This document shows positions 23,136 through 34,212 of a stretch of 64,000 bases of DNA, piece by piece (the stretch's first letter is position 1; each line of letters starts with the position of its first letter). This DNA is from Bryobacterales bacterium (GTDB taxonomy: Bacteria; Acidobacteriota; Terriglobia; Bryobacterales; UBA6623), in contig CBDBKU010000002.1 in NCBI GenBank assembly GCA_965206775.1, positions 2,115,705 to 2,179,704 on the forward strand, read 5' to 3'. The translations under genes were made by a program, and so were the position numbers. Under the pieces are notes generated by a model. The model saw nothing but the letters and a program-made list of their open reading frames with translations. It was not told the DNA's origin and made no database searches.

Positions 23136-23513
23136 GGGATCGCTCCCCTTTCCTTCAAAACCGCGTCCACTTCCTTCCAGAAATCCTCAAGCAGTGTGGA
23201 CGCATCCTTGTACATAGGGCCGGATCGTCCGCATCCGGTGCGGATGGTCGCGCTCCCCGCGTCGCCGCCTACCCGGGCCTCGCCTTTCCCTCACCGGGTG
23301 CGCATTGTCGAAACCGACCAGCCTAGTGCCATCCGGGGCGTGCAGCGTGAGCGAATAGCTCTTATCTCTTGCAAGAGATAAGCGGCATTATCTCTTGTTC
23401 TTTTTTATCTCAGGTAAATTCGGTTTTTCCATGTTTTCCATGTAGTAATTCGACGATTACACGACATAATCGGAACTCCAATCGTTGCCCTTCAATGAGG
23501 ATAGGAGTTCAGA

Positions 23514-24750
23514 ATGAGCGATACCACCGGCAATCCACTTGTCCGCCCACAATGGCGCGACGGTCCCTTGGCGGGCTGGCTCGATGCGTTCGCGGATTGG
23601 GTGAGCGCACAGGGCTACGCTCGCACAACGATCAGTCGCAAGATCCTGCTGGCAGCCTGTTTCAGCCAATGGCTCAAGCAGGGAGCAATCGAGCTCGCTG
23701 ACATCAACTCGGATCACCCGGCCCAATACCTCCAGCATCGAGCCCGCAGGCTGCGACCCCACCAAGGCGACAGAGCCGCACTTCGGCAACTAACAGATTT
23801 TCTGCAGCAAGAGGGCGTGCTGGCGTTCGAAGAGGCGCCCGCAGGCCCCATGACCGATGCCGAGCGCTGCGTGCAGGCCTATGCACACTACTTGCGCCAG
23901 ATGCGTGGCCTGGCACCGGCGACGCTAGCGAACTACCTGCCGTTTGTCCGGAGCCTGCTGCAGCACCGGTTCGCCTCGGGGCCTGTGACACTCTCGTCCC
24001 TGTCTGCTGACGCTGTCGTGCGGTTCGTTCAACGCAAGGCGCCGGATTTGCACCCGAAGCGTGCGAAGGTCATGGCCTCCGCGCTGCGGTCCTTTCTCCG
24101 CTATGCCTGCTATCTCGGCGAGACCAGTCCGGAGTTGATCGCCGCCGTTCCAGTGGTCGCCAACTGGTGCAGGCCACAGATACCGAGAGGGATTGCAGCC
24201 GATCGTTACCGCGCTGTTGGCCAGCATCGATCGCAGTTCCGCCTTGGGCCGTCGCGACTATGCCATGCTGCTGCTGCTTGCACGGCTGGGATTGCGTGCG
24301 AGCGAGATCCAGTCGCTCGAACTCGATGACATTAACTGGATCAACGGAACGCTGCGGCCGTGGACGAAAGGCGGGAAGCGCACCACTTTGCCCCTGTCCC
24401 AGGAGGTTGGTGAGGCGATCGCCGATTACCTGCGTCACAGCCGCCCGCCGTGTCAAAGTCGGAATGTATTCCTGCGTGTCAAGGCCCCGATCGGCAGATT
24501 CCGGGGGGCGAGCGGAATTTCCTGCGTGGTCCGCCGCGCCATCCAGAGTGCCGGCGTGGTCGCTCCGACAAACGGCGCACATCAGTTCCGCCACGGTCTC
24601 GCAGCCGGCATGCTGCACAACGGGTCCTCGCTCGCCGAGATCGGCGACGTTCTGGGGCACGCCCATCCCGACACCACCAAGATCTATGCCAAGGTTGATT
24701 TGGAGGCTCTCCGCGCACTGGCCCTTCCCTGGCCGGGAGGTGTCCGATGA
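23514..24750 (+). pseudogene. ritA: RitA tyrosine recombinase, frameshift near 24200
   Basis: ORFs 23514..24329 and 24193..24750 together give SALRSFLRY, RRDYAMLLLLARLGLRASE, HQFRHGLA, VLGH..TTKIYAKVD. Confidence 0.85.
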
Positions 24751-25691
24751 ACACGCTTCGCGAAGCCATCCACGAGTACATCGATATGCGGCGCAAACTG
24801 GGGTTCAAACTGAACAGCACGCGCCGGGCGCTGCTCGCCTTCGCCACGTTCATGGAACAGAAGCAGGCGCCATTCATCACTGTGGAACTGGCCCTTGCCT
24901 GGGCGCAGCAGCCCGTGCATGCCCAACCGTCGCATTGGGCACAGCGATTGAGCTACGTGCGCGTGTTCACACGCCATCGCAAGGCCGCCGATGCACGCAC
25001 CGAGATCCCGCCGCCCGGATTGCTGCCCTTTCAGCCGCAGCGGGCAAGACCCTATCTGTATACCGACGACGAGATCCGCAAGCTGCTGCAGGCTGCGCTC
25101 GACATGCCGTATGCCTACGAACGATGCGCATTGAATCCCTGGCTCTACCATTGCCTGTTCGGCCTGTTGATCGTTGCAGGCCTCCGCGTGGGGGAGGCGT
25201 GCAATCTCGAGCTCCGGGATGTCGATATCGACGCCGCGGTGCTGACCATACGCGGTGCCAAATTCGGTCGCGACCGTCTGGTTCCGTTGCACGGTTCGAC
25301 CTGCGCGGTCCTTGCCGACTATATCGCCCGGCGCGAGCGTCACTGGCAGAGGCGTCCGGTGACGCCTTTCCTGTTTGTTTCAAGCCGGGGCAAGCGGCTC
25401 GACCAGGCGAGTATCACCCGCACGTTCCACCAACTGTCGCGCCTGATCGGCCTGCGCGGCAAGACCGCCAGTCACGGGCCACGCCTTCATGACATGCGGC
25501 ACAGTTTCGCAACGAAGGCCTTGGTGAACTGGTATCGGCACGATCAGGATCCGGACCGTCTCCTGCCAGTCCTCTCCACCTGGCTTGGTCATGTGAAGGT
25601 CGCCGATACGCAATGGTATCTCGAAGCCTCGCCCGCATTGATGCGCGAGGCCATGCGCCGCCTCGAAAGCCGCTGGGAGGACCAGTCATGA
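24747..25691 (+). CDS. ritB: RitB tyrosine recombinase
   Basis: GLRVGEA, AKFGRDRLVPLH, HDMRHSFA, LSTWLGH, TQWYL; ATGA overlaps on both sides. Confidence 0.9.
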   Translation: MNTLREAIHEYIDMRRKLGFKLNSTRRALLAFATFMEQKQAPFITVELALAWAQQPVHAQPSHWAQRLSYVRVFTRHRKAADARTEIPPPGLLPFQPQRARPYLYTDDEIRKLLQAALDMPYAYERCALNPWLYHCLFGLLIVAGLRVGEACNLELRDVDIDAAVLTIRGAKFGRDRLVPLHGSTCAVLADYIARRERHWQRRPVTPFLFVSSRGKRLDQASITRTFHQLSRLIGLRGKTASHGPRLHDMRHSFATKALVNWYRHDQDPDRLLPVLSTWLGHVKVADTQWYLEASPALMREAMRRLESRWEDQS

Positions 25692-26686
25692 CCCAAACGA
25701 CCAGCCTGTCGCCCCTGCTGGAGCGATTCTTCGTTCAGCGCCTGATGAGTCAGCGCCAGGCGAGCCCGCACACCATCAAATCCTATCGGGATACCTTCCG
25801 CCAGCTCCTGCTCTTCGCACAGCTGGGTCTGGAACGACAACCGTCGGACCTGCAATTCGAGCAGATCGATGCGCCGCTGGTCGTGGCTTTCCTCGAGGAG
25901 TTGGAAACCAAGCGTGGAGTGAGCGCTCGCAGCCGCAACACGCGGCTTGCGGCTGTTCATTCCTTCTTTCGGTTCGCGGCCTTCGAACTGCCCAGCCATG
26001 CGGAACAAATCCAGAGGGTGCTCGCCATCCCCGGCAAGCAATACACGCGCAAGCAGGTCGATTTCCTCACACCGGACGAAGTTGATGCCCTGCTCGCGGC
26101 ACCGGATACCGGCACCTGGTCGGGACGGCGCGATCACGCCTTCATTCTCACCGCCGTGCAAACGGGATTTCGGCTGTCCGAAATGACAGGACTGAAGCGC
26201 GACGACTTTGTCGATGGCCATGGCCAGCACCTGCGCGTCGTGGGAAAAGGGCGCAAGGAGCGCTGCACGCCCTTGGCCAAGCCGACCAGGAATGTACTGA
26301 GGAGGTGGTTGCAGGAACCCCCGCGCGGCTCGGACCGCGTGCTCTTCCCCAGCGCCAGGGGCAATCGGCTCAGCGTGGACGGCGTGCAGTACATATTGAA
26401 CAAGCATCGGGAGACGGCCTCGCAGCAGTGCCCGTCACTGGCAGACAAACGGGTTACCGTCCATATCCTGCGTCACACCGCCGCGATGGACCTCCTGCAG
26501 GCCGGCGTGGACCGGTCGGTCATCGCTCTCTGGCTCGGACATGAACGCGTCGAGACCACTCAGATCTATGTCGAGGCAACGCTCGCCATGAAAGAGCAGG
26601 CACTTGCCAAGACATCGCCGCGAACAGGCGATTCGGGACGATACCAGCCGCCTGACGCTCTTCTCGCCTTTCTGGGCAGCCTCTGA
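25688..26686 (+). CDS. ritC: RitC tyrosine recombinase
   Basis: HTIKSYRDTF, QTGFRLSE, GKGRKERC, HILRHTAAM, LWLGHERVETTQIY; 332 aa. Confidence 0.9.
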   Translation: MTQTTSLSPLLERFFVQRLMSQRQASPHTIKSYRDTFRQLLLFAQLGLERQPSDLQFEQIDAPLVVAFLEELETKRGVSARSRNTRLAAVHSFFRFAAFELPSHAEQIQRVLAIPGKQYTRKQVDFLTPDEVDALLAAPDTGTWSGRRDHAFILTAVQTGFRLSEMTGLKRDDFVDGHGQHLRVVGKGRKERCTPLAKPTRNVLRRWLQEPPRGSDRVLFPSARGNRLSVDGVQYILNKHRETASQQCPSLADKRVTVHILRHTAAMDLLQAGVDRSVIALWLGHERVETTQIYVEATLAMKEQALAKTSPRTGDSGRYQPPDALLAFLGSL

Positions 26687-26952
26687 ACGCCATCGGATTA
26701 TGTCTGGTGAAATGTACGCAAGTGGCGAAAACTCTTTGGGTATGCTGCCACTTGGCGTGATTTCCAACAGTAACCCGAGATAAAAATGAACAAGAGATAA
26801 TAGCTCAGCCGGTGCGGCCGTTCCGCAGTCACCTCGGTTCGCAGCACAACGAACTTCACCCAGTGTCCGATCTCGTCTATAAACAGCGTCTGGCCGTGGA
26901 GGTCGAGTAGAGTGTCAAGCCCGGGATCACGGTCAGGCGCAGCACTGAAACA

Positions 26953-26973
26953 TGTTATCAGTTTCTGATAACA
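26953..26973. promoter_or_regulatory. Palindromic operator upstream of the TumE/HTH operon (copy A)
   Basis: TGTTATCAG-TTT-CTGATAACA; same sequence at 57580-57600. Confidence 0.6.
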
Positions 26974-27347
26974 AAACAAAGGCAGACACCAGGCGTTCCG
27001 GTCTCGGCGCCAGTCGGGGAACATGGCGCCACAGCCTTGCCGACGTCCCTCTCCCACCAGAACCTTGCGCCACTTTGAACCGCTCCATACGCTTCCTATC
27101 TCCCAAGATCCCCGAGGAACCCCCTATGTCAGAAGTCTTTGCGATGGACGCCGGCATACCCTACGCCTTCGCACCCTCGCCCGATTCCATCAAAGGAGCA
27201 CCGCACCGCATTCATATGGTCTTCAATGGCTCAGACGGCCGGTGCTGGTCGACCGATACCAATCTGATGGCGGTCACACAGGAGTGCGATCGAGATCTGC
27301 GATGGACAGATTCTGCAATGGACTCTTCCTCCGCCACGGAAGTTCAC

Positions 27348-27618
27348 CGCGTCAGGATTCGGTTGCTGACCTGTAGTTCCGATCTCATTTGTGGGTAGCT
27401 TGGCGGATTGGGGGGCGGGCGCTGTTTGGCGTCGTCAGCCGACGCCCGGTTCCGGCGACGCAGCGCCGCATCCCGTTTGTTGCACTGCAAGGGCGTCGGG
27501 CCGCTGACTAGCTGGCGTCCCAGCTCGGCGAAGGCCCGGGGCAATTGGTCGAGCGTGCCGCACACGATCCGCACGTAGTCCGGATGCTGCAGGTTCGCTG
27601 CCAGGGCGGCCTGGGGTG
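27348..27618 (-). mobile_element. Transposase C-terminus and element end remnant
   Basis: PQAALAANLQHPDYVRIVCGTLDQLPRAFAEL; homologous to 38285-38735 and 57975-58245, all ending at CGCGTCAG. Confidence 0.6.
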
Positions 27619-27619
27619 G

Positions 27620-28699
27620 CGGATCGCCAGCTTCGGAACTCTGGGGCTGCAGCAGGCGAAACGCCGTTTCGAGCGTGCCGCGAACAGGCGCAAGCCCCGC
27701 CTTCCCGAACTCGACCGGCTCTCCAGGAACATGCGGGCCGAGCTGCTGCCGCATGTGGCTGCGGCGCTCATGGGAACGGTCTACGCGTACTATCTCCGCC
27801 CCGAGGACCTTCCGGTCGCCGAGGATCCCCTGTTCCTGCGCAAGCACGAGTTCTTCGATCTGGAGCGCCCGTTTCTCGAGAACTTCTTCGGCGTGACGCA
27901 ATTGAAAGGGATCGGGGAAGACACGGGCGCTTTCATCGATGGCGGTTTCGCCGGAATCGCTACGGCTGCGGGCCGAACCGCCCAGTTCGGAGTCCGGATT
28001 CTGGATCCCGATGCAGCAGCAGTGGCTCAAATCGAACTGGCTTCGCTGCGATCGACACGCTGGCGGGGGTTGCGCGAGGCCGACATGCGCCGGTTTTCGC
28101 TGACGGTACTCCTCGGGCGCGAATGGATCGTCGAAGCGGCATCCGAGGAGTCCTTGCGGTCCGGATTGCTGGGAGCCGTGGCCGGAGTCCTGTCCGCCAG
28201 CCGCACCCGCCGGGTGCTATCGTCGCTTGACGAGCGGAACTGGCCCGCTGTGCGGGGATCGTTCTCGCTGTCCGATCTCTATCGCCTGGGCCGGGCCCGG
28301 CTTTCCGCCCGTTCCGACGTGTTCCGAGAATCCCCGGTTGCCAGGGCCCTTGCAGCGTTGCCGGCAGATGCCGGGTCCTGGGACGGGATGGGGTCGATAC
28401 GGTCCAAGACCTTCGGCTATTCCCGGCCGCGCATGTGGGAGGATGCCCCGTACGAAGAATACGAGCGCTACCTTTCGGACATCATGATCGCGGAACGAAC
28501 GGCGGAACTGAAGCTGTACCTAGTCCAGGCGGCCGACAGCCTCGGCGTGCCCGTCGAGACCCTGGCCAGGGTCGCGGAACCTGCGGCGAAGCGCGTTCAG
28601 TCGGAGGTGCAGATGGGCGATCTGTGGGACTGGCGCTCCGTGCTGAGGACCATTGCCGAGCGGACCCGCCCCGCCCTGCAGGAGGCGCTGCTGCGATGA
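27620..28699 (+). pseudogene. 3' fragment of the large VWA-associated hypothetical protein
   Basis: Highly similar to the C-terminal half of 52967..55087; 5' end replaced by an IS remnant. Confidence 0.8.
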
Positions 28700-29622
28700 C
28701 CCGAGCTGCCGCCCTGCCCCTGGCCATCTCGCTCGCCCTCGGGCCCGGCGTCGGTTCGAGCCGCGCATTCGCGCAGGATCCGAATGCCGGTGTCCAATTG
28801 CCGGATGCATCCGAGGATGCGATCTTCACCGCCGTAGCGAGGCTGGTCGAGGTCCACGTGAGCGTGGCGGACGGGAAGAGGCGCTACGTCTCCGGACTGA
28901 CTCGTGACAGGTTTCGGGTGCTCGACAACGGCGAGCAGCAGGAGATTTCGGTCTTTGAAGCCGACGAATCCGGATTCTCGTGCGCGATCCTGCTCGACAC
29001 CACCGGCAGCATGAAGCGGGAGCTTCCCACGGTGAAGCGAGCGATCCTGGAATTCATCGACGATCTCCGATCGAACGACTCGGTTGCCGTGTACGCTTTC
29101 AGCACGCAGCTGTAGCAGCTCCAGCCGTTCACGCCGGACAAGAACGAAGCGAAACGAGCTGTTCTGAAGACGCGTGCGGACGGTGCCGCGGCGTTGTTCG
29201 ATTCCGTGTATCGCGTCACGAAGGATCTTGCCGGGGTCGAGGGCAAGAAGACGCTCTTGGTCTTTACCGACGGCGACGACAATTCCAGCGTGCTCAACGC
29301 CCGATCAGCGATCCGGCAGGCTCGAGCCGTCGGGACGCCGGTGTTTGCGGCGGCACAAGGGCAAGCTCTCGAGAACCGCGACCTAGTCAAGCAGATCCAC
29401 GAGCTGTCCCGATCCAGGGGAGGCCTGGCATTCGAGGTGAAGAAGAGCAGCCAGGCGCAGAGGATCTTCTTCGAGATTCCCAGAGCGCTGAAGCACGGCT
29501 ATCTGCTGGCATTTCGCCCGCCTCAGGCGACGAGCGACGAATGGCGAGACATCGAAGTGGCTGTGTCGGGAGTCAGGAGACCGCAGATCCGCGCGAAGAG
29601 CGGCTACTTCGCCGTTCCGTAG
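28696..29622 (+). pseudogene. VWA-domain protein copy 2, nonsense GAG to TAG at 29113-29115
   Basis: 927 bp, collinear with the intact copies, which read CTG GAG at this position. Confidence 0.9.
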
Positions 29623-29910
29623 GGCAGTGCTCCAGGAGCCTGGGCTGAATAGCCGGGGGGCTGCAGAGCGAGCCAGTCGTGCATGGTCTTAGCTGCGATG
29701 CGAGCGCTCCGGATGTCAGGTCCGAGAACCTGCAGGGCGGATTCTGGGGGGCGATCTCGGTCATACGGCCTCCTGTCCCGAAGTCAGGCGGCTGCGCTCG
29801 GGCGCGGTGGCGGTTGCGCGGATCGGCTCCTATGGTCTTGGGCATCTGACATGGCAAGGCTCGGCCCGGGTGCCCTTGACTTCGCACAGATGCCCGCCTA
29901 TCATCCCGCC

Positions 29911-30285
29911 ATGGCCGGTTTCAGGATTGCGCTGCTGGTTTTGGCTGTGATCCACGCACTGTTCGTAGGACTCACATCCCTCGCTGGAGCATTTGCGGAC
30001 GGTGGAGACGTCTGGCAGCGGCTGCTACTGGTGCTCCTGCATCCCCTCGGCGCCGCGGGGGTGCTTCTGCTAGTGCTTGTGCCCCGTCTCACCACGACCA
30101 GCATCCTCGCCACCGCGGCAATCCTGCTGGCAAACGCGATCGCCGACTTGGCCCTTGCGCAAAGGATTGCCGCGGGTGCAGCGAAGGGGGACTGGGAACT
30201 CGGGCTAGCGTTCTCGGTGGTTCCCGTCATCGGCATTGCCTATGCGCTGAGCCGTCTCCGGGCCAGTTGCCCAGGGGCCGGCTGA
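29911..30285 (+). CDS. Hypothetical 4-TM membrane protein
   Basis: 124 aa with four hydrophobic helices. Confidence 0.65.
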   Translation: MAGFRIALLVLAVIHALFVGLTSLAGAFADGGDVWQRLLLVLLHPLGAAGVLLLVLVPRLTTTSILATAAILLANAIADLALAQRIAAGAAKGDWELGLAFSVVPVIGIAYALSRLRASCPGAG

Positions 30286-30579
30286 CACCAAGTCGGGTGC
30301 CTGCTGCCACGACGCTGTCGGAGTCACGGATTCCAGGCGGCCGGAAAAACGGAAGCGCGTGCCGTGGGAGGGCAGGCCGCGGCCATCGCCTTTCAACAGG
30401 GATCGAGATCGTCTTCGGACTGCTTCTGCTCGCGTGCCGATTCCGGACAGGCTGGCGTGCGTGGACAGCCCCACGGGGCCACGCGACGGGGCCTCCTCCT
30501 CCCGGGGGCCGTCTCGTTCTGAGACCGGGCCTACTCGCGCGCGATCGGGAGCTGCCCATGCTTGCGTCATGCTGAGTCC

Positions 30580-31250
30580 CTGCAAATGTGGAGTCGGGTA
30601 CCGAAACCCTTGCGGCAGCAAGTCTCTGAAGGATTCCAACTCAACATAACCAAGCTCGTGACCGGGGTACCGCTGCTGGCACCCTTCCATGACCAAGGAG
30701 GTCACGATGCTCATCGACTTGTTCCCGCCGGCCCACGTCCGCTACACCTGCCTAGCCCTGCTCGGCACTCAGTTGGACGGGCTCGCCCGCTGGCTTGAGG
30801 CCCGCGGCTTCCCGGCCGAAGCGATCCGCGAGCGGATCCGCAAAGCACCCGCCCTGGAGGCTCTGCGGCTGCCCCTCGGCAAGGGCGGCCTGGGCCAGCT
30901 CTCGCGAGAGCAGCTGCTGGCGCTGGCACCGCGACCAGCCCGCGATAGCGCGTACCTGCCGGCACTCGTGCGGTCCCTCCCCGCCTATCTCGACGAGCTC
31001 GGCCTGCTCGACAGACTGTCGCCACGCCGGGCGCACGTCTCGTCAGCGCCTATCTCGAATTTCTCGGTCAAGTGCGCGGAGTCGCCGCCTCCACCCTCGG
31101 CTACCACGGCTACACCGCGCGGGAGCAGCTCGCCTTCCTGCGCTTCGACGACGAGCCGCCTGCGTTGCAGACGCTGGCCGCGCCCCGGATCGAGGCCCTC
31201 GTGCAGGCGGTCGCCGCACGCTGCGGCCAAGGAGACGTTCAACATTCGTC
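30580..31250 (+). mobile_element. Remnant left end and ritA-like 5' fragment of a third RIT-type element
   Basis: AAGGAGG RBS then MLIDLFP..LLGTQLDGLARWLEARGF..RGVAASTL (frameshifted); upstream CAACTCAACATAAC motif resembles a RIT end. Confidence 0.6.
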
Positions 31251-31802
31251 ACCGGCATGGCTTGTAAGGACATCGGGCAGCGCGGCATCCCAGGGGATCC
31301 GCGGGCGTCCGCTGCCCCGCGCTTCGTGGAATCTGTTCCAGGCGATCTGCAGATTCCAGAAGCCCACCAGGATTCGTACGCGCATCGTCACACCAAAAAC
31401 CCAGGGAGCCTCTGCGGGCTCCCTGGGGACATAGCTCCCGGTAGCAATGCGACCGGGGGAGGTAACGAAATTCGGTGTATACGTCGATCTGCAGCAGGTC
31501 AACGCATCTCGAAGTCAACATGCATCGACCAGATCGGCATCGGTCGACTGGGCACGCGACAATCGGCACGATTGCACAGGACCGCCGTCGAGACGCGGCG
31601 CGGGGCTTGCCGTACCATCCCGCGGGGTGCCTTCGCGGCGTGGTCACGCCTGCGCTTGGGGCACGACTGACCAGTCCCGCGATCGTTCATGGCGCTGACC
31701 GCTCCGCCGTACCGGACGCCCGACCACTACCGTGCTCCCCATTTCGCACGGTCTTGGTCAAGCCAGTTCCGCGGCCACAACAGATGCGCGACCGCACCTG
31801 CC

Positions 31803-32318
31803 TCACCAATTCCCGTTTCTCTCGGCCAGAACCAACTCGACAAGCGTGCTCTCGTGCCATCGCCTTGTGTACGCGTTGCGCAGGGCGGTTGCCGGCCGAT
31901 GGCCGACGTCGTCGAGCAATCCTTCCATCGATGCCAGCCTGTCGCGCAACCCCAGTCTGACGCCGCAACGGAGACTGGCCTTGTCCGGCCCGCACAGGAT
32001 CCACTCGTCGTCGCGGCCCAATGCGTGTGCCCAAAGCGAAGCTTCGCCCCGATCCAACGCGATGTCGCCAGCCCTGATCGCGAGCGTGGACCGTTGTAAG
32101 TCCGCCACGGCACGAGCGGTTGCCAGCCTGCTTCGCAATTCAGTCTCGTCAACCTGCCGCTCGGGTCGGCGACGCTGGAAACCCGTTTGGGTTTCTGTCA
32201 CGCAATCCTCCACGGTCTCCACTCGGCAGCCGCCGGTCAGCGCCCGCCACGATCCTGTCCAGTGCGCCTCCAGGATGACATTCGTATCGACCAGAACGGT
32301 GCCGCGATGCCTGGGCAT
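31803..32318 (-). CDS. PIN-like domain protein, putative toxin
   Basis: VLVDTNVILEA...DRGEASLWAHA...LCGPDKASL. Confidence 0.7.
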   Translation of the reverse strand: MPRHRGTVLVDTNVILEAHWTGSWRALTGGCRVETVEDCVTETQTGFQRRRPERQVDETELRSRLATARAVADLQRSTLAIRAGDIALDRGEASLWAHALGRDDEWILCGPDKASLRCGVRLGLRDRLASMEGLLDDVGHRPATALRNAYTRRWHESTLVELVLAERNGNW

Positions 32319-32324
32319 GACGCC

Positions 32325-33428
32325 TCATAGATCGGCCGCATGCGCGACGTCATGTGCCGCGAAAACATCCGCGAGATCGTCGACCGTCACATCCAGCAAT
32401 GCAGCGGCCCGGCGCACCGAAACCAGGCCATTCCCGATAGCAAGCCCGATCACTAGCATGAACGTTCTCGAGAACAGCGGCGGGGGGACATCCTCCGCAT
32501 CCTCGCGTCCGTTATTGCGCAATGCCGCTTCCGGCACTGCCCGCGCTGTTGCCGACGTCAGGGCGCCCAGTGCAACCAGCCGCCATTTCAGCGCCGAAGC
32601 CGTCACGTGCAACTCGTTTGCCACCGCATTCAGCCGCCCGACCAACGCATCCTGTGTGAGACGCGACCAATCGGCGAATCGCGCCAGGGTGCCTGCAGGC
32701 ATCAGAACCGCTGCCGCAAAATTGTTGGCGAGCTGTTCGACGCGATTGCCGCCGGTCTCACTCGCCTCCTCCAGGTGCTTCGGCGGCATCGCGTCCCAGG
32801 TCAGGACATGAAACAGCTCGTGAGCGAGATCGAAATGACGGCGACCGACGACCTGGTGGCGGGAAATCAGCACTGAATCCAGTTCCGGGAGCCGGCATGC
32901 AGCACCGGAAATACCCGGATCGGCGTCGACCATCAGAACCAAGATGCCCAGCTCCCTTTCCATGACTTCCGCGAGGCGCGGCGCCGGCGCATCGCCTAGA
33001 CCGTACTCGACGACGAACCGGTCGCCAGCCTGCATCGCGTCCTCAAACCGGGAATGGCGCACAAGGCCGAGCGCGCGGCGCATCAGCGGCGCCTCCCGTC
33101 GGACCTTCGGCGCAAGGATTCGGAACGCGGCAATCCAGCGACTCGCCCTCCTTTCGTAGGCTTCAAGCCGCTCCACGCCGATACCGGTCTGGCGCCATGA
33201 GAACCGGCCTTCCCCAGCGAGCAGGAAAGGATCGGTAAAGTACTCCAGCGGGGTGCCCAGCCTCTCGGCCGCGAGCACCAATTCCTCGGCCGTGACGCGT
33301 CTGGCGCCGGTCTCGATGGCCGAAATCGTCTGCCGATCGTTGAACCCAAGAACCTCTGCCAATTTCTCTTGGGAGAGGTTGCGTTCCTTACGCAACGCCT
33401 TGATCCGTTTTCCGATGAGCTGCGTCAC
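32325..33428 (-). CDS. XRE-HTH plus ImmA/IrrE metallopeptidase
   Basis: GKRIKALRKERNLSQEKLA..ISAIETG; RRHFDLAHELFH; EQLANNFAAAVLMP; GTG start after a GAGGGGAGG RBS. Confidence 0.9.
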   Translation of the reverse strand: MTQLIGKRIKALRKERNLSQEKLAEVLGFNDRQTISAIETGARRVTAEELVLAAERLGTPLEYFTDPFLLAGEGRFSWRQTGIGVERLEAYERRASRWIAAFRILAPKVRREAPLMRRALGLVRHSRFEDAMQAGDRFVVEYGLGDAPAPRLAEVMERELGILVLMVDADPGISGAACRLPELDSVLISRHQVVGRRHFDLAHELFHVLTWDAMPPKHLEEASETGGNRVEQLANNFAAAVLMPAGTLARFADWSRLTQDALVGRLNAVANELHVTASALKWRLVALGALTSATARAVPEAALRNNGREDAEDVPPPLFSRTFMLVIGLAIGNGLVSVRRAAALLDVTVDDLADVFAAHDVAHAADL

Positions 33429-33779
33429 GATCCGACCTCCCCTCGTATTCTTGCATCTTTTGATATGCAATGAAAATATGCGCTTTGGTAATTGTGTACA
33501 ACACCGAAGGTCGGCACCCGCATTCCGCAGTACCGATCATGAGTCCACCGCGGACGCACACGCGTTCACCGGGCTTTCACCAAGCGGCGCTCCCGACCCT
33601 GGTGCTGACCGGCGCGCTGTCGCACCTGCCGTCCACGTATGGCCCTCGGCCCACGTTCTCGTTACCCTAGCGCACGACCCAAGGGCCTGCCAGCCGTGCA
33701 CATACAGCCCTTGGCCGACGCCACCGTCCGGCATTCTCCAGACCTAGTGGCCGTTCATCTTCCCGTCCACATACAATCC

Positions 33780-34093
33780 CGAAAGAGCGCCTCAGTTTCG
33801 ATTGGACAGATCCTGATCACGACCCCAATGGAATGTACACCGTAGATTGCAGAGTCAACGGCGGTGCGCGGCCGTTGTTCGTTCACGCCCTCACCAATGA
33901 CGGTAGGACCCGCGATGCCACGATTACGCTGCTGCAGTTCGAGAAGTGGGGCATCGCGTTTCGCTCCCTAGCCATTTTCGAAGATCAGGAGTCGATCAAT
34001 CGAAAAGTGCTGGCGCGCTTCAGCGACGTGTGCGAGAAACAGTATTCCAGCCTGACCGCGAATCGGGAGCGGATCACCCGCTTTCTGAGCTAG
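33780..34093 (+). pseudogene. C-terminal fragment of a DUF1828-type protein
   Basis: [55 protein letters not shown]. Confidence 0.55.
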
Positions 34094-34212
34094 AGCAATT
34101 TACGGTGACCGCCAATCAGCGCCTGCAGTGACTGAAGCCGGGGGCCGCAGAGACTGGCTCTGCCCAGTTGTTGTATCCAAGATTATTTCGCTTGACGAAT
34201 GAAGGGCGGGCC

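Larger units (their letters stand above)
23362..26800 (+). mobile_element. Recombinase-In-Trio (RIT) element
   Basis: Three overlapping tyrosine recombinase genes; 30-bp IRs at 23388-23417 and 26771-26800 (27/30 match); TAGCTC on both flanks; 20-bp palindrome at 23362-23381. Confidence 0.95.
23132..26940 (-). pseudogene. DUF6516/TumE-like toxin split by the RIT element (parts 23132-23361 and 26801-26940)
   Basis: Matches the uninterrupted copy at 57202-57570; carries extra small deletions in its 3' part. Confidence 0.85.
21213..29640 (+). repeat. Segmental duplication copy A (carries RIT insertion)
   Basis: Same order as 55285-60270 and near-identical between the VWA genes: VWA, spacer, HTH/TumE, IS end, large-protein fragment, VWA. 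Confidence 0.9.
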
